Source: Takakia lepidozioides (Eukaryota; Plantae; Bryophyta). From it: 64,000 bases of DNA. The DNA is taken from positions 69,812,001 to 69,876,000 of the forward strand of contig CM060733.1 in NCBI GenBank assembly GCA_030704615.1. Reading direction: 5' to 3'. The position numbers were made by a program, and so were the translations under genes. The notes under the pieces are model-generated. The model made no database searches, was not told the origin of the DNA, and saw only the letters and a list, made by a program, of their open reading frames with translations. Positions 24,701 to 38,500 of this stretch are shown piece by piece (the stretch's first letter is position 1; the number at the start of each line of letters is the position of its first letter).

Positions 24701-27700
24701 GAGTCAGCTTGGTCTTAGCAGACCATGTTTCAATCTCTGCCTTTTCTCCCATTCATCTGCTTAGTCCTCTCCCAATCTCATGGAAGAAATTTCACTATGA
24801 TGCTATCTAAATACTTGAGGTGATTGCACAACCTGTCTTCATGGCAGTATGGGAGCCTTTGATTTTGGGAACATTGATGAAGCCAGCAGTGCACCCTATC
24901 AATGCTCCTCCAGGGAACACCGTCTTCGGAATGGACTGCCATCCCAAGAGCACATGAGCAGGCTACTGAAATAGGTTAGGAAAAATGGTATGAAGGATTA
25001 GAACTCCATCGAATACAATTTTATTAGATCCAGCAGATAACAGACATGTACATGAGATGTCTTCCTCAAAGAAGCGTGGCAGAGGAAACTTGACCAAAAC
25101 CAACTCCCTATGCAGCCACACATCTTCTAAAGAGTTAGTGTCACATTTTGGCAAGAAAAGTAGTAGTACTTGGACTCCACCCTCATTCAATGTTCGAGCA
25201 CCGTATTGCACCACCTTTCCACCCTCAAGCAACGGCATTATTGAAGGATGCAGTTTAAACTTCTGCCCTCCCATCATAGCATTACCATCCCAGACCCCCG
25301 TGAATAAAGTGAAAAATTAATTTGAGGTTTTAAACACTGCTCCCTGGCCTGATAAGCTAACTCGTTTTCCTAGACCACCATCAATTCAATTATCAGGAGT
25401 GTGGAGTATAACCCCCTGCTTCTACCTTTTGGTCATAAACAACATCTGCTGATGACAAGTTACTTATCAAGAATGTGGCAGTAACATTGGGAAGAAGATG
25501 ACATCAAACCATCACAAAGAGAAGTAAGTAGTACCGTTTCCAACTACCATCCAGCTGAAGAATAATTGTTGCAATTGGAGAGAGAATTCCATGACATTTA
25601 TTGCTATATCTTAGAACCACAACCTGTCTCTAGCGTGCATATGGTGGACTACAGGTTTGCAACTCCATGCCTGATACTCCTCATACGGGCTAAGATAAGG
25701 ATTTTTGTAGTCAAGAGCAACCACCAGTCCAATGGCAACCTGCACAACCAGAACCATGTGTTGCTGTTATGTTGACTTAAATCTGACTCCCTTATCAGTC
25801 AAATAGCAATTGCTAGTGTAGAGATGGCAAAGTTTAGAACCCATTACAGAGCCCAAAAATGGTTCCAGGAAATAGCCTACCTGCCGGTTGTCCATGTGGT
25901 ACACAAAAGAGCCACCATATGTCTTAGGGTCAAGAGGCCAGCCTACAGTGTGCAGCACATAGCCTGGTTGATGTTTGCTCTCCGCCACCTCCCATACCTG
26001 AACACCACAAGCATGCCATGTTGTTTTTCAGGCTTATCTCTCCACAGCCTTCCCCTCCATATGACTTCCAACTACAGGAAAGTACCAACCAAATTCTCCT
26101 TATGAAACAGATGCCTGCTGTCACGCTTTTCTCATGGTGTTTTGAACAAGATACTCAGTTTCATCCTCAAGCTATCAATCACAAATCACATTGACCAATC
26201 AAGCAAAGACAGTTCAGCGCAATTACTGGATAAGTACACGCTCGTTGGAGGACAGTTTACAATGTCCCACCATCTGCAAACCCCTGTTTACAACAGAAAG
26301 AATTACATCTGGACAAGGGAAGGTAAAACAGACCTCCTTCACACCGAGTGCGTATGTCTGATGTTGAGCGCCTGATTGCTCCCGCAGTTGAAACTTTTTT
26401 ATGATTGTCTGTGCAAAGCCAGGTCCAGTAGCAGTGATGCCCATTTGTTGGATGTTTAGAACTTACCAAGTTCCCTTACAACCCTTAGGACCCTTGCAAT
26501 GAGCGAAAAAGACTTTAGCAAAGACAAACCCCCCAGGAGGTCTTAAATTTTATGGAGCAGTGAGAGACTTACTTCAGAAAGAGAGCCTCTGCAGCCTTCA
26601 GCAAGGAGAGTAAGTCGTCCTGCAAAGTTTGCATCAGAAACAGCCCCATTGTTAAACACTCAAACTGTTTGCACACAACTGGGAGCAAACGGATGCTAGG
26701 AGGATTTAAATGCATACACTGAACGCAATCCAATCTCACTACTATATGCTGAAAGCTAGTTTTGTCAGAACAAAAGGCTGAACACCAGGAACAATTTGGG
26801 AGGGACACTTTAGTGCACTGTGGTTCTGCAGGGAACACACGGCATGACCCACTTCAGCCCCTTGTTGCCGAAGTCACCACTCCATCTAAGGGTTTCATGT
26901 GCATGCCACTGGAAGGATCTCCAAAAGCTGTCAGCAAATGCACTCATGGCTCACAAACACAAGGATCACTCCCTTGTCACAGCAACAATACCTTTCAACT
27001 CAATGCCACGTTGAAAATTGGACTTTTTGGTCCTATCCTTCGCAATGCCCATATCATTAGTAGCAACGCCCACCACTTGCTCACCCTCGTACAAAACCTG
27101 CATAAGCACCTTATTCAGCTCCACCTGCAGCTATCCTACCATCCCACAATAGAACTTCTTGGAAATGAACAGTGCGGAGACCCCTCAAATTTGGTGCAAA
27201 TCAATTCTGCCAATACAATAACCCACAGAATGGTGAACAAAAGAAAAGGGGGTTACCTCACTCGCTGCAAAACCTGGGTAAATTTCAACCCCAAGTTCCT
27301 CTGCTTTCCCTCCTAGCCACCGCACCAGCTCACTCAAGCTATTCAAAGCATAGCACATGGTTATGGAAGGCTTCAACAAGCATTGCCAAATAGCTGGCTC
27401 TCACATAGAATAATACCCCTTGCCTTTGTCTCTGTGGTTAAGCACAAGTGTTTGTTCCAATCGAGGGTTTAGGATTTACCAAGCCTCCTGAGATTTGGTG
27501 GCCCACTGAATCATGGTGGAAGACTTTAGTATGCTAGTTTCCTGCATGCAACTGTCTCTTCCCCGTCTCTCTGTACACTTCAATACCTGTTCTACATAGG
27601 AACACTATTAAGTAGCAGCATAATTTCCACAAAGTTGAATATGTGGAGAAGGCAAAAACATTGCACTCAAGCCGGAGTAGGAGAGTAGAAGCTGACCTAA

Positions 27701-28814
27701 TAACAAAGTTACTATTGTTGTTGAAGGGAGATGGGAGTGGCAGTGCATGTTTCTCAAATAACATCCAAAACTTGTCTTCCACAACTGGCACGCGCAGTGG
27801 AGCCTGTGTCAAAAGATCCAATTGATATCCTTCAACCAATCCTCATCAACGATGTGTCTCAATTGATTAGCACTCATCAGCAATCACTCCATTTCCAGCT
27901 GAATAACATCATGAACGGAAGACAGTCACTCCCCAAGCCATCTACCTCTCTTGCCCAGTTTTCATAAGTATGGACTGAGGACATACGCCTTGATCCTTCC
28001 AATCTGGAAAGAGCTCACTGAGTGCCCGTGGTTCAAACACATTTCCCGAAAGTATGTGTGCACCTGCCACATATACAGGAACAGTCAGGCGCCGAGGTTC
28101 TGTATAAATCTCTGTTGCACGATGAACAACATTGATCATGGCAATAGACAGTGAGGCAAGGAAGCAACCTACTGTCATTACGCCCCAACCAACTTGCTAT
28201 CCATTCTGTGCTGCAAAAGTACAAATTGGTCATCCAAAGCTAGCCTGGCTGTCATCCAGATTGTACAACTAAGCACCGTACAAGAGAGGGGCAGAGCGCT
28301 GACCAACTTCAGCACCCTTCTCAACCACGCACACAGACAGATCAGTGCCCTTCTCTATGCACAGTTGCTTTAGTCTAATTGCTGCCCCCAAACCGGCCGG
28401 GCCTGCACCCACAATTACAACATCGAACTCCATTGCATCCCTCGGCTCTTCACTTCTGCTCTCTGAGCTAAATCTTCGCATTCGCCAGGAATGCGCATTA
28501 TACATCTCCGATTGGGACACTGATACGGCGGCAACCATGTGTCTCTGCACACCACAATTTGCCCTTGCAATTCCGCTTGGCCTGGTTCCAAACGAGATCC
28601 CACGAGTGCGGTACGAACTTTTCCTACCTCCAAGATAGCTCCAATTGTGAAGAAGTGTAGATAGGGGACACAGGGACTCAGACTGCGGAAAGAGCACCGG
28701 GAATTGATTTAACACTGGTTCTTGGATGTCTGAAGGAGCAAGCCTGGATTGCATGAAGCTCCATCTCGCAATCAAACACGAAGAAACGTGACGAGCTCGA
28801 GGAGACCCACCCAT
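21712..28814 (-). CDS. ETFQO: Electron transfer flavoprotein:ubiquinone oxidoreductase, mitochondrial
   Basis: N-terminal presequence, then [13 protein letters not shown] (FAD binding), [64 protein letters not shown] and [16 protein letters not shown] (4Fe-4S), ending [13 protein letters not shown]. All exons join in frame, two of them through GC-AG introns. Confidence 0.96.
22760..23041 (+). mobile_element. tRNA-derived SINE (antisense, in an ETFQO intron)
   Basis: A box TGGCCAAGTGG (~22772) and B box GGTTCAAAGCC (~22815). 10-bp TSD AAGAATGTCA at 22750-22759 and 23042-23051. Homologous to 35064-35373 and 60133-60230. Confidence 0.85.
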
Positions 28815-29568
28815 GACGGTCTTCTGCGGTCGCTGAACTCGGTAACACACACAAGCGCAATCTTCAAATTTTGGTTCTGGACACTTGCAGTGCATATAAT
28901 CTCGCGACCACACCCAATTGGGTTCCCATCAAACCACCTAGAATTGGGTTCCCACCTTACTTGGGCATTGACGAGACTCGAATGTGTAGAAGAATTTTCA
29001 TCATGTGTCACATGCAATGCAACCCACCTGGCGGACTCTCAAATCCCGCCACCTCTACACAGAACTGTCGGCCTTTAATCATCAGCAAGGAGATTCCAGA
29101 CACCCTCTATTCGTCTCTCTAATGTGGGATCGGAGCCCTGGATTGTTTACCGAGATATCCGAACGATGGATAACGGCTTCCATGGCACACCAATTTGCGA
29201 GAGCATGGCAGTCAGATTTGACAACTGATCACGGTATTAGTTTGGGGGGGTCATCTATTCATCCGCCCACTTGGCGCCATCCATCCGTGAAATGTTACCA
29301 ACCAGCTCGACATCCTGACGATTTCGGAAAGTTGAAGAGAACTTCGTGGATCGTTAGGAGGATTAGGTAGTCCCCTCTGAAATCATAAGAGCTGTATTCC
29401 CGAAAACTATGTTTAGTTCTACAGGCGCGATAGATGAAAAGGACTAGTCACGGAAGTGATTGCATTCATGGTGGATGCAATTTTGCAAATAATATGGTTG
29501 TGGTGCTGAAGGTCAAATTGATTGCGATGCTGCATGGTTGATCTCAAGATCTTACTTACTAGTGTGCA
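28815..29568. promoter_or_regulatory. Head-to-head (candidate bidirectional) promoter region between ETFQO and SGR6
   Basis: The divergent start codons are only ~755 bp apart. No specific elements were verified. Confidence 0.55.
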
Positions 29569-32500
29569 ATGGCGGCCTCAGTGTCGCCTCGAATGGGTGG
29601 GTACTCCCTACCTCCTCTTCCCTCTCTGGGATCCATTGATGTTCTGTACTACAATATTTTGCGGCGTTGTAAGAGCGGATTGGAGGCAAAGAATTGGACG
29701 AGTTGGTGTATGGGGGAGGATGTTCCAGAAACGACCCAAATCGTGTCACAGCTTACAGATTTCAAAATTTTGCCAATAGATAAATTGGTCCATTGGATGC
29801 TTCGTAATACAGGCAGTTTCTTTCAGTGCATCCTGCGATACCTGAGATTTGCACTGCTACCTGTTGTCACGTTTGTGAATGTAAAGCTCATCCATTGGAT
29901 TGGACCCTTCTTGAAATTCTGTAAATTCAGAATATCTCCACCTCGTTTCGCGAGTTGATAATCTATGAAAGGTAATCAAGCCTGCAATTGATACTGATCC
30001 TGAAGAGTTGTGAGCATAATGCTCTGTAGCGGTCATTCGAGTGCTGGTTGGAGCAACGGGAGACAGCTCACCGACTGTCCAAGAGGCTGCTGCAGCTGCT
30101 ATACAGGAGAATGCTGGGCAGTATGTGCTGCTCTTCTCAGGCTGTTTGCATTGATTAACTCGAAATTGTTCCTTAGGATTTCTAACGAAGTTGGTCTGGT
30201 TCTCTATTTCGATCAGGACTTTATATGCTGGGCATTTGCTAAAGCACAGTGTTCTTCCCCCTTGTCTAGGTTTAGGTTTTTATTTCGGTTAGCAACTCCC
30301 CAGGTGTAACTTGGTACTTGTGATTTGACTCAGAAATGCTGCAACTGTACTGGAGTGCTGTGCTGCAAGCCTTCCAGGTGGCAAAAGGGTAAAGGTCCTC
30401 TCCTCACTCAGAAAATGTGCTTTCAAAGAAGGATTGGTGATTCAAAGGCCCTCCTGGTCCTGGGTGGATGTTATAAAGTTTCTTTCTTTCAGTCTGAAGT
30501 AGTTTTGTGTTAGATACTTCTCCTGAAAGAGTTCAATTTGAAAGTGCCTGTGTATACCAGTCTCACATCCACCTGTGCTGTTTGGCATATTCAGAAGTTT
30601 TCTGGGAAGGGGGTAGGGCCTGCACAATCCACTTCATTGTACAATATCGTAGTTTGTGGAATAAGCACATTATCAGTTGACTATCGACAGTAATGTTCGA
30701 TGTTCAATGTTCAATGTTCAATGTTAGGTTGAAGTGAGGTAGAACTTAAGTTCCCAATAATGTCGACAATTTTTTGTGATTGTTTTGGCCTTTGAAACAA
30801 TCAAGGATACCTTTTCCAATACAAAGGTAGGCAGCCAGTTACAGCGCAGCATTCTAAGGCTGGCATTTTTTGGATGATAGCGGGCTGGTCAAACGGCCAA
30901 CCATCGTGCTGGCCTGCTTCACATCATGGCCTACACTGTCCTCAAAATGGCCGAAGAAGAAGTAGATCCGGGTTTCATGTGTAAAATTGCAAAGCTTGCA
31001 ATGGTTGAGTTGTCATTGAACAAGGTATGTGAAGTACTTCCAAGCTCAGTATGTTTAGTGGGGATGGTCTAAGCTGTTGAGCCTAAGCCCTATTTTTGTT
31101 GCTTCACCTGACCTGCTGCCAATCTACTGTGGTCTCTGGCCTTCTAATAGCAATGCCTATTGGACCTAATGATTTGATGGATAAGTTGGATTGGCAGGGA
31201 TGGTGCAGTGCTGTTACCTGCATGTTGTGAATGGATGCCTAAAGTAATGAACCCTTTTATGGACTGCTGAAAGCAGCAATGACGCCATGTCTACAGATTC
31301 TCCAAAGTGTCTCCAAAGTGTCTGAGGGGGGTTTGTTCTGCAGGAAGTTAGTGCTGACTGGCAGCGTGCTGCTTCAAGTCTTCTTGTTGCACTCGCGTCT
31401 CGTCTGCCAGATATGGTATGGCTCTCAGAACCTTGCTGCCTGCACAACCAACATCCTGTGCAACAGCAAGTTGCACCAAGTTTCTCTTTCTTTCATCTTT
31501 CAAGATGACGACATAGTTCTTCATGCTGGCTCAGCTCAAATTGAGGTGAACTCAAGAGTACGAGCATATTCCTAGTATTGTGTACAGCAAAAATGTGAAA
31601 ATTGTTTTGATGGTTCAGAAACCATGGCTGCTTTTGTACTGCACGATTGTGGTGATCAATATAGTTTGGGGGTGTTGTTTGGCAGGTAATGGATGAAGTA
31701 TTCCATGAACTGGCTGGAGGTGCAGTACCTGCTATAGTCTTGGTCCAAACTCTGACGGAATTTGCATCGTCCTATGGTCTGTTTATCAGCTCAACCTGGC
31801 TTTGCAAGCTAGTGTTTGCTGTATGGAGCCATCAAACCTTTCTTATGTGCTCATGTGTTTTGCAGGTGAGAAGACATGTTGTGGGCTCCGTTCTTGTGCA
31901 CACTCGGTGCTCGTGTGTGTTATGAGGATATCTTATATGAATGTTTTGCATACATCTGGTTCTTTGCTAAAATGGTTGAGGTTGGTTGTGGGATGAAAGC
32001 TGTGGAGTTTTCCCCCCGGTTGAAGATCGTTCTGTCACGTGTGCTACCTATCATGGGTGGTGTCAAGGACTTCCAGAGGAGGGCATATGCAAATGGTGAG
32101 TTCTGCTTTAAGTTTGCTAGATAGATTGGTGATGATGATTGGAATGTGCAGGTTGTTCTGTGACATGTGTTGCTTATTTTAGGTCGTTATAAACACTTAA
32201 AGAGGAGGGCATAAGGAAATGGTGAGTTTCTACTGGGGGCTGCTAGATGTCTTATTGTTGATATAGTGTTGAATGACTTCATGAAGGTCTGCTGCAAGTA
32301 GTTTAGATTGCATAATTTTGGGCAACATTCACCAGTTGGTCTGCTTGTGTCACCTGTTTCAATTTACTTCAGAGAGCTGCCAGAAATTGCTGCAATGATA
32401 CCTGCTGATTGAAACTATATAAATGTAACTTCACTTTGTTGAGGTAATGTTTCTGCCAATTATCAGTCTTCAATATCTCAATGTCCACTGATATCACAAA

Positions 32501-35500
32501 GGATAATCAAACCTTGCCTTTTTGTGTGCCTTCGTAGCTATCACTTCCTGGTGTAAAGCTATCTTCCAATTTCAAGAAGATTCTGTATCAACTTCACCGC
32601 TGGGTGCCGACATGCAGTGAGTATCTGGCAACTACTTCATCCTTCTGTCATATGGCCCAGGTCATGACAGGATATGTAGCGGATCTAATTGTTCGTGTCC
32701 CTCAATAGTCCTAGGCGCAGCACCAGTCTTCAAGGGATCCCTCCTGTAATCTGTAAGAGTCTGCAGACTTCTCTTCATGGAAGCTTCTTAAGGGACTAAG
32801 TCCAAGGGGGAGGAGGGGAAAACATGTATTGTGCTTCTGTTGATTTTCCAATATATACAGTTCAGTTCCTAGTTTTTCACAAACACAATAGCTTTCTGAC
32901 TTGTGGCTGCTTCTGTTATTTTATACGAAATGTGTGGGGTTGTGAAGAGCCTTGCTCCATTCAGCATTTGATCTATTCCTGGACTCCTGGGTGGCTTCCC
33001 GCGATCCTAAGGTGGGCTGAAACTAAACTGTGAGCAACTGTTTTTATAATGAACCGTATTTTGTCCAGCTTAGGCTCATCAGACTTGAAGTGGGACAGCT
33101 GTATTTTGTGGACCGGGAGGCCCAACCACCTGAAACTCCCTCTGTATGCACGACAAAAGAAAGAAAGAAAGTAAATTTTAAAAGACTGTGAATCTGACAT
33201 ATAGGCTCAATCATGGAAAGCAGGTACGCTTGGCAACAGCAGAGGCATTGGGACAGTTGGTCAGCCTGATCAGCAAACAACAGCTGAAATGTGCCCTGCC
33301 GAGGCTTCTTCCAGCCATACTGACAGTGTGAGTTTGTCACACCTTTGCCTTATTTAGTTGGGACTGGTGAGGTCTTCTTGATTATGATGTTAGGCACTAT
33401 CTAGATAGTGACAAGATAGTGCCACTGACACTACCTGGGGCAAGCTAATGGCAGATACAAGAAAGAGAGGGAGGATCAACTGCCAGCTACACACAGCCTA
33501 CAGATGGTTCTCACTGCTGTTCTAATAACCGATGGCGGTTTGACATTTGTGGATTTTCTGGTAAGCTTCTTTCTCCCATTAGTGCATTAAGCACCTCAAG
33601 TTTAACTTGAGCTACTGGATGATGTAACTTAGGTAGTAGCTATGAACTTTGAGGGAGCTTTTTATTCTCTTCGCTAGATGTGGCTAAGGAGATCTTCAAG
33701 TTTGCTGCATGGGAAAAAAGACCACCCTGGTTTAGGCCTCTTATATCGCACTTAACAGGGACACCTAACACTGCAGCAGCTGATATGCATAACGAGCCAA
33801 TAGTGTTGCGGGTACTGATATATTTTGCTCCAGGCTCTCAATTCTGTCTTGAATGCCCTGCTTCCAATGGCATACTTGTCTGCAAGCAAAGGAGGTGAAC
33901 TTAAGCTCAGCTCTTATTTGAAGGTAACGTCATTGACAATGCTAAGTCATGTTGATAACAGTAAGTTCTTGAGCAAGATTGCTAAATATCAACCCTTAAA
34001 TATAGTTGTGGGGCATTTAACTGGGCATTCTCCTTTAACTTAATTCACCAATGCAATGCCGGTGGTTGCACTTGGGGATTATGATTTTGGGAGTACCTTT
34101 CATGCTTGAGAATGGGAACAAAATGGTAATACGGTCTGTGCAGATGAGAAAGTTGTGAGTCTGGTCTCATTGCAGTTTAGGTGAAGATGTATGTCTGGCA
34201 CAATGGTGCATGGCTAGCATATAAAATTTTGTATGATAGCTACCCCATCAGTCTATCATCATAAGTAAGGCAAAGACTTTGCCTCCTTATCCATGTTGTC
34301 AGAATCTTTGCTACATTTGTTGGTCTTTGGAACACAGCACATGAACATTGAGTGGAAATTGCAGCATGCTGCTTAATTCTTTTGCTTTTCATCAGTTCAG
34401 GGATGTTTCTAGAAAGAGGCAGTACATTCTTTATCTTTGAATGTGTTTCAGGCAAGTATTAGGATGTACTGCTTCCTTATGAGGGTTTGATTTTTGGAAG
34501 TATCTTTGGAAGATTCTTTTGGTCCTGTACTTCCTCCTCTGTTTTTCGATGTCTAATAGCTGTCAATGTATGCATGGATTTACAATTTCTATGGTCTTTC
34601 TGTGACTTTGCAGAATTTCAATGAGGTGTTACGTTGCTTTGTTACCATTGGAATGGTTTACCCGGATGATATGTTGACGTACCTCTTGCATGTATGTCTC
34701 CTCTTCTTGCCTTGTTCTACTCCGTTGGAGAAGTTCTCTACTGCATGCCCATGTCCTTTGAAGTAGAGTGCTTTTGTGGGGCCAGAAGGACTTGGCACTG
34801 TACCATTCAAAAGTGTAGCCCTCTTTGACTGTTGGAGTTCGAAAGAAAAGGACCACTCTTGCGCTGAAGCCATGGGTGGGGTCTTCACAAGGAGTAGGCA
34901 ATGTATGAAACAGCAGACTCCTGACTTCCAGTTGTTGTATGTTTAGCGTTTAGGGGCCAGAGAAGATCCTGTTCGGCTGGGCACCTTCACCGTTTTGAAG
35001 CATCTACTAACAAGGTATTAGATGGCATCTCTGACTTGTAGTCTTTATAGTTTTTGGAGAGTAGCATCCAACAGATGGCCCACTGGTTAGGGCACAAGGC
35101 TGCCTTGCAAGTGGTCGTGTGTTCAAAGCCACATAGGTGTATGTTGGATGTCACCCATTGTAGCCAACCCAGCTGGGTCAAGCGGTCACTCAATGTGTGG
35201 TACCTGAGGGTTTTTCAGTCCTTGGGGCAGTTTGGGCAACCCTCTTGCCCCGGTTACGGCCGTTAGAAGGTGTCCACCTTCCAAACGGAAGGCAGTAGCC
35301 CTTTTGGGTGAAGTGACACCCTAAGTTACTGCTTAGGCAGGGGTCTTCCTCTCGCTCTCTCTCTCTCTCTCTCTTTTGGGATTCCCGCTCAAACTGGGCG
35401 CGGGGTCAATGGCCACAAGGCTACGGCAAACAACGTCTTATGAGTACAATCTCTCTCTTTTGGGATTAGTATCATAGGTGTGTGCTGCAAATTGATCTGG

Positions 35501-38500
35501 TAGTGTTGGCACATGTTGGCTACTGTAAGGTTGGCAGAGCCTTGGATTTCAAGGAATGTTGAGCTTGCCAAAGCTGTAAATGATCTCCTTCAAGAGCAGG
35601 ATTTGACTACCCGAAAAGCTGTGGCTGAGGTGACTGTATATTTTGACTATTCAGACTCAGAAACCAAACAAAAGAAGGAATTTTCGAACGTCCACTGGAA
35701 GTGAAGAAAAGAAGCGATTCTGGTTTTTAGTTGGTTAGGGAAATCATTCAAAGGATAAATACAGTGTGATGTTTATGTCTGTGGTTCAGTTCTCTCCACA
35801 AAAGGGATCTAGGCTACTTTTATCTTTGATGAGGTATTTTGAAGCAAGGAAGTGTGTACTCGAGAACCGTCAGTTCAAAAGGTTAGTGAAGGATCAGGCC
35901 GTGACTGTTTCTCTAAAGAGCTGTCTGGTTTTGTTGTCTCTGCTATGGTGCGTTATGCCAGTTGATTTTGTCCATGGCATCAAATGGCTTTATTGAGAAG
36001 GATACTGGAGAAGCGTTTGTGGAGTTTTTGGTACAGCAGTGTGCAATTTCTGATGCCGAAGTTAAGAAAGTTAGAGGTGAAAAAGCAGCCGTTCAGAAAG
36101 CCGAAGGTATCGAATCAGCATTTGCAAGTAAGAATGAGGTAATCTAGGATCAAGTTACCAGAAACCCTTATGAGAAACAAGTACCTGAAGGTTTATATTT
36201 CTTCATGCCACAAGTTTTCTTACTGCAGAAGGCATGCATAGCTGAGAAGTACATAGCTGCATGGAGTTTGTCCAGCATGGATGTCTACCAGAGTTCCCTT
36301 TTTGTGCCGTAGAGTTCTCTATATCTCAAGAATTGTTGTCTGAAGGTCCTTTAGTTCACTGGCAGCTGAATCTAGGGGCTGTGTCTCCATCGGAATTGCG
36401 GGCAGTTTGTGAAAAGAGCTTGCTGCTACTGGCAGGGACAGTTTCAGAAACAGAGGTAATTCACTTACTTCCATTCTTCAAGTGTCAGAGCAGAGGTTCA
36501 ATCAGAAAGGTCAGTTGTATCTTCTATACTCATTGGTTGTCAAGGACTGTCTTGCAGTTAAGGATTAGTGGTCATCTGAATATCAGATGCTTCTTGTCTG
36601 ATCTACATAGTGTAGTATCATATAGTATAGTGTAGTATATTATCATATAGTATCGTATCATATCGTATCATAGTATAATGTCAAGTTCATTGTACGTCAG
36701 TAACTGCTACACTCTTGACACTTAGCAATACCAATCCACGGGCCCCAAACTTGCTGTGCTTTGTAGCTGAGTTGAATACTATGCCCCTACACATTGCCTC
36801 ATTCTTGTATCGTGTACAGTGAATGTTTCCATGTTTGGTGCTCCCTCTGTCTTTGGTCAGTGTGAATATTCCAAAATTAAGACTGTTGCCTCTGATTTAT
36901 TGAATAAGTCAAGTCATTGTACCCTGACTACAATTCACTGAAATGATTGGTGATTTGGTGAAAATGGCCATCACAGTACTGATTACAGTACAGTTCTGAT
37001 TGACTTCTTTTGATGCATACCGTAGAAGAATGTTTTCTAAATTTAGCTTTGGATGTTTGTCATGCTAAATGAAGCAGTGATGGTTAGTGCAGACTATTCT
37101 CTGGCCATTTCTACTGAAGATGCTCATCCCAGTGCAGTATACAGGGGCTGTGGCCACGGTACATTTAGCTCATCTTCATTATGAATTGATGCTGTGCAGC
37201 TTGTATTTTGATGCTGGTTAATGTGCTGGGTTGAGGTATGTTATGCAATGGCAGGAAATCCTTATGTGCTCCTTGTATAATGCTTAATTTACAGGCTGGC
37301 CATGTTGATGTGAATGTGACTTGTTGTAAGAGGTTCCAGGTTTGCAAGTGCATATCAGAGTTATCGAGACGAAAACTTGCACGTTGGGAGACAGTATCTG
37401 TAGACTATACTGTGTGTCCAGACATTCCACAGCCTGAGGTGTGCTCCAAGAGTCCTATGTATGGAAGAGTTTGTCTACTCTAAAATATACCCCACACTCC
37501 TGTGTCTGTTGTTAATATTGTATTGTTCTTTCTTGTCAAAGTGGAGTGTGTGATTGTTTTTCTTGTTCTGTTAGGCAAAGTACTCCAGAATCATAGGGAA
37601 GAATTTAGAGTTCTAACTTACAGTGCATTCACACTCCAGGAGCTTCTTGCCCGCTTACTCGTGCTTTTAAAAGATCCCAGGGCAAGAGAGCAGCTTGCAT
37701 CACGAATACTGACGGTTGGTGTTTCATCCCTCTGACTTCAAATGTAATTTTTCTGGTTATGTAGTGTTGTTAAAATCAAATACTCGATCGTATGATGACT
37801 ATGGGTGATGGATTCCGTGTTTCTTAACAAGATCTGGCATGATGTTGCAGGTTCTCTTCTATTTAGGTCCACTGTTTCCAAAAGCTGTTGTGCTTCTGTG
37901 GGAAGATGAGGTCTGTATGGGTTCCTGTTGTCAAGTTCTAGCTAAGAAAAGAAGAAGAGACTTGGATCTGCCTTTGATATGAAAATTTTCCTGGTGTGAT
38001 GTGAGACTCTCCTCTGCATTAACTGCCCTGTTGTGGTCATTGCTTTGTGTAACAGAACTCTTGCAAAACCTGCCCGGAGATTTATTTGTGCTTTGGGGGC
38101 ATTTGGACTTTGGAGGGGTGATGAGTGACAAAGGTTTAGAAAGAAAACTGGTGATTCTGATGCAACTGACCAGTCGTGTCTGGATCTTATGTCAAGCTGT
38201 AGATTCCCAAATTGAAGGCCTACGTCAATGACTCTGATGATATGAAAGGGGATTCCTGGCAGGAGACAGCCTGGGAGGACATGATTCTTCATGTAAGCAT
38301 GAAGGAAGGACCTAACTTGTGGCATAATTTGAATGTTAAACACTCCTTGACAAATGATTATTCCCTACTTGTGGATGAAGTATTTATTAGTTTTTTTGAG
38401 GCTTGGGGAAATGATTTTTGCCAGCAGTATTATTTGAAGAAAATGTCTGATGTGTGCTTTTGACCTTTAAATGTCACTGGTTAATCCTGTAAGAAGCATT

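Noticed and set aside
33060-33085. Hammerhead core CTGATGA (here and at several other sites)
   Set aside because: No stem II followed by GAAA and no compatible stems I/III at the sites inspected.
35080-35325. Pistol ribozyme-like GGTTAGGG...CCCTAAG pairing
   Set aside because: The halves are ~230 nt apart and not conserved in the 22.8 kb copy. GGTTAGGG is better explained as the tRNA D-arm/A box.
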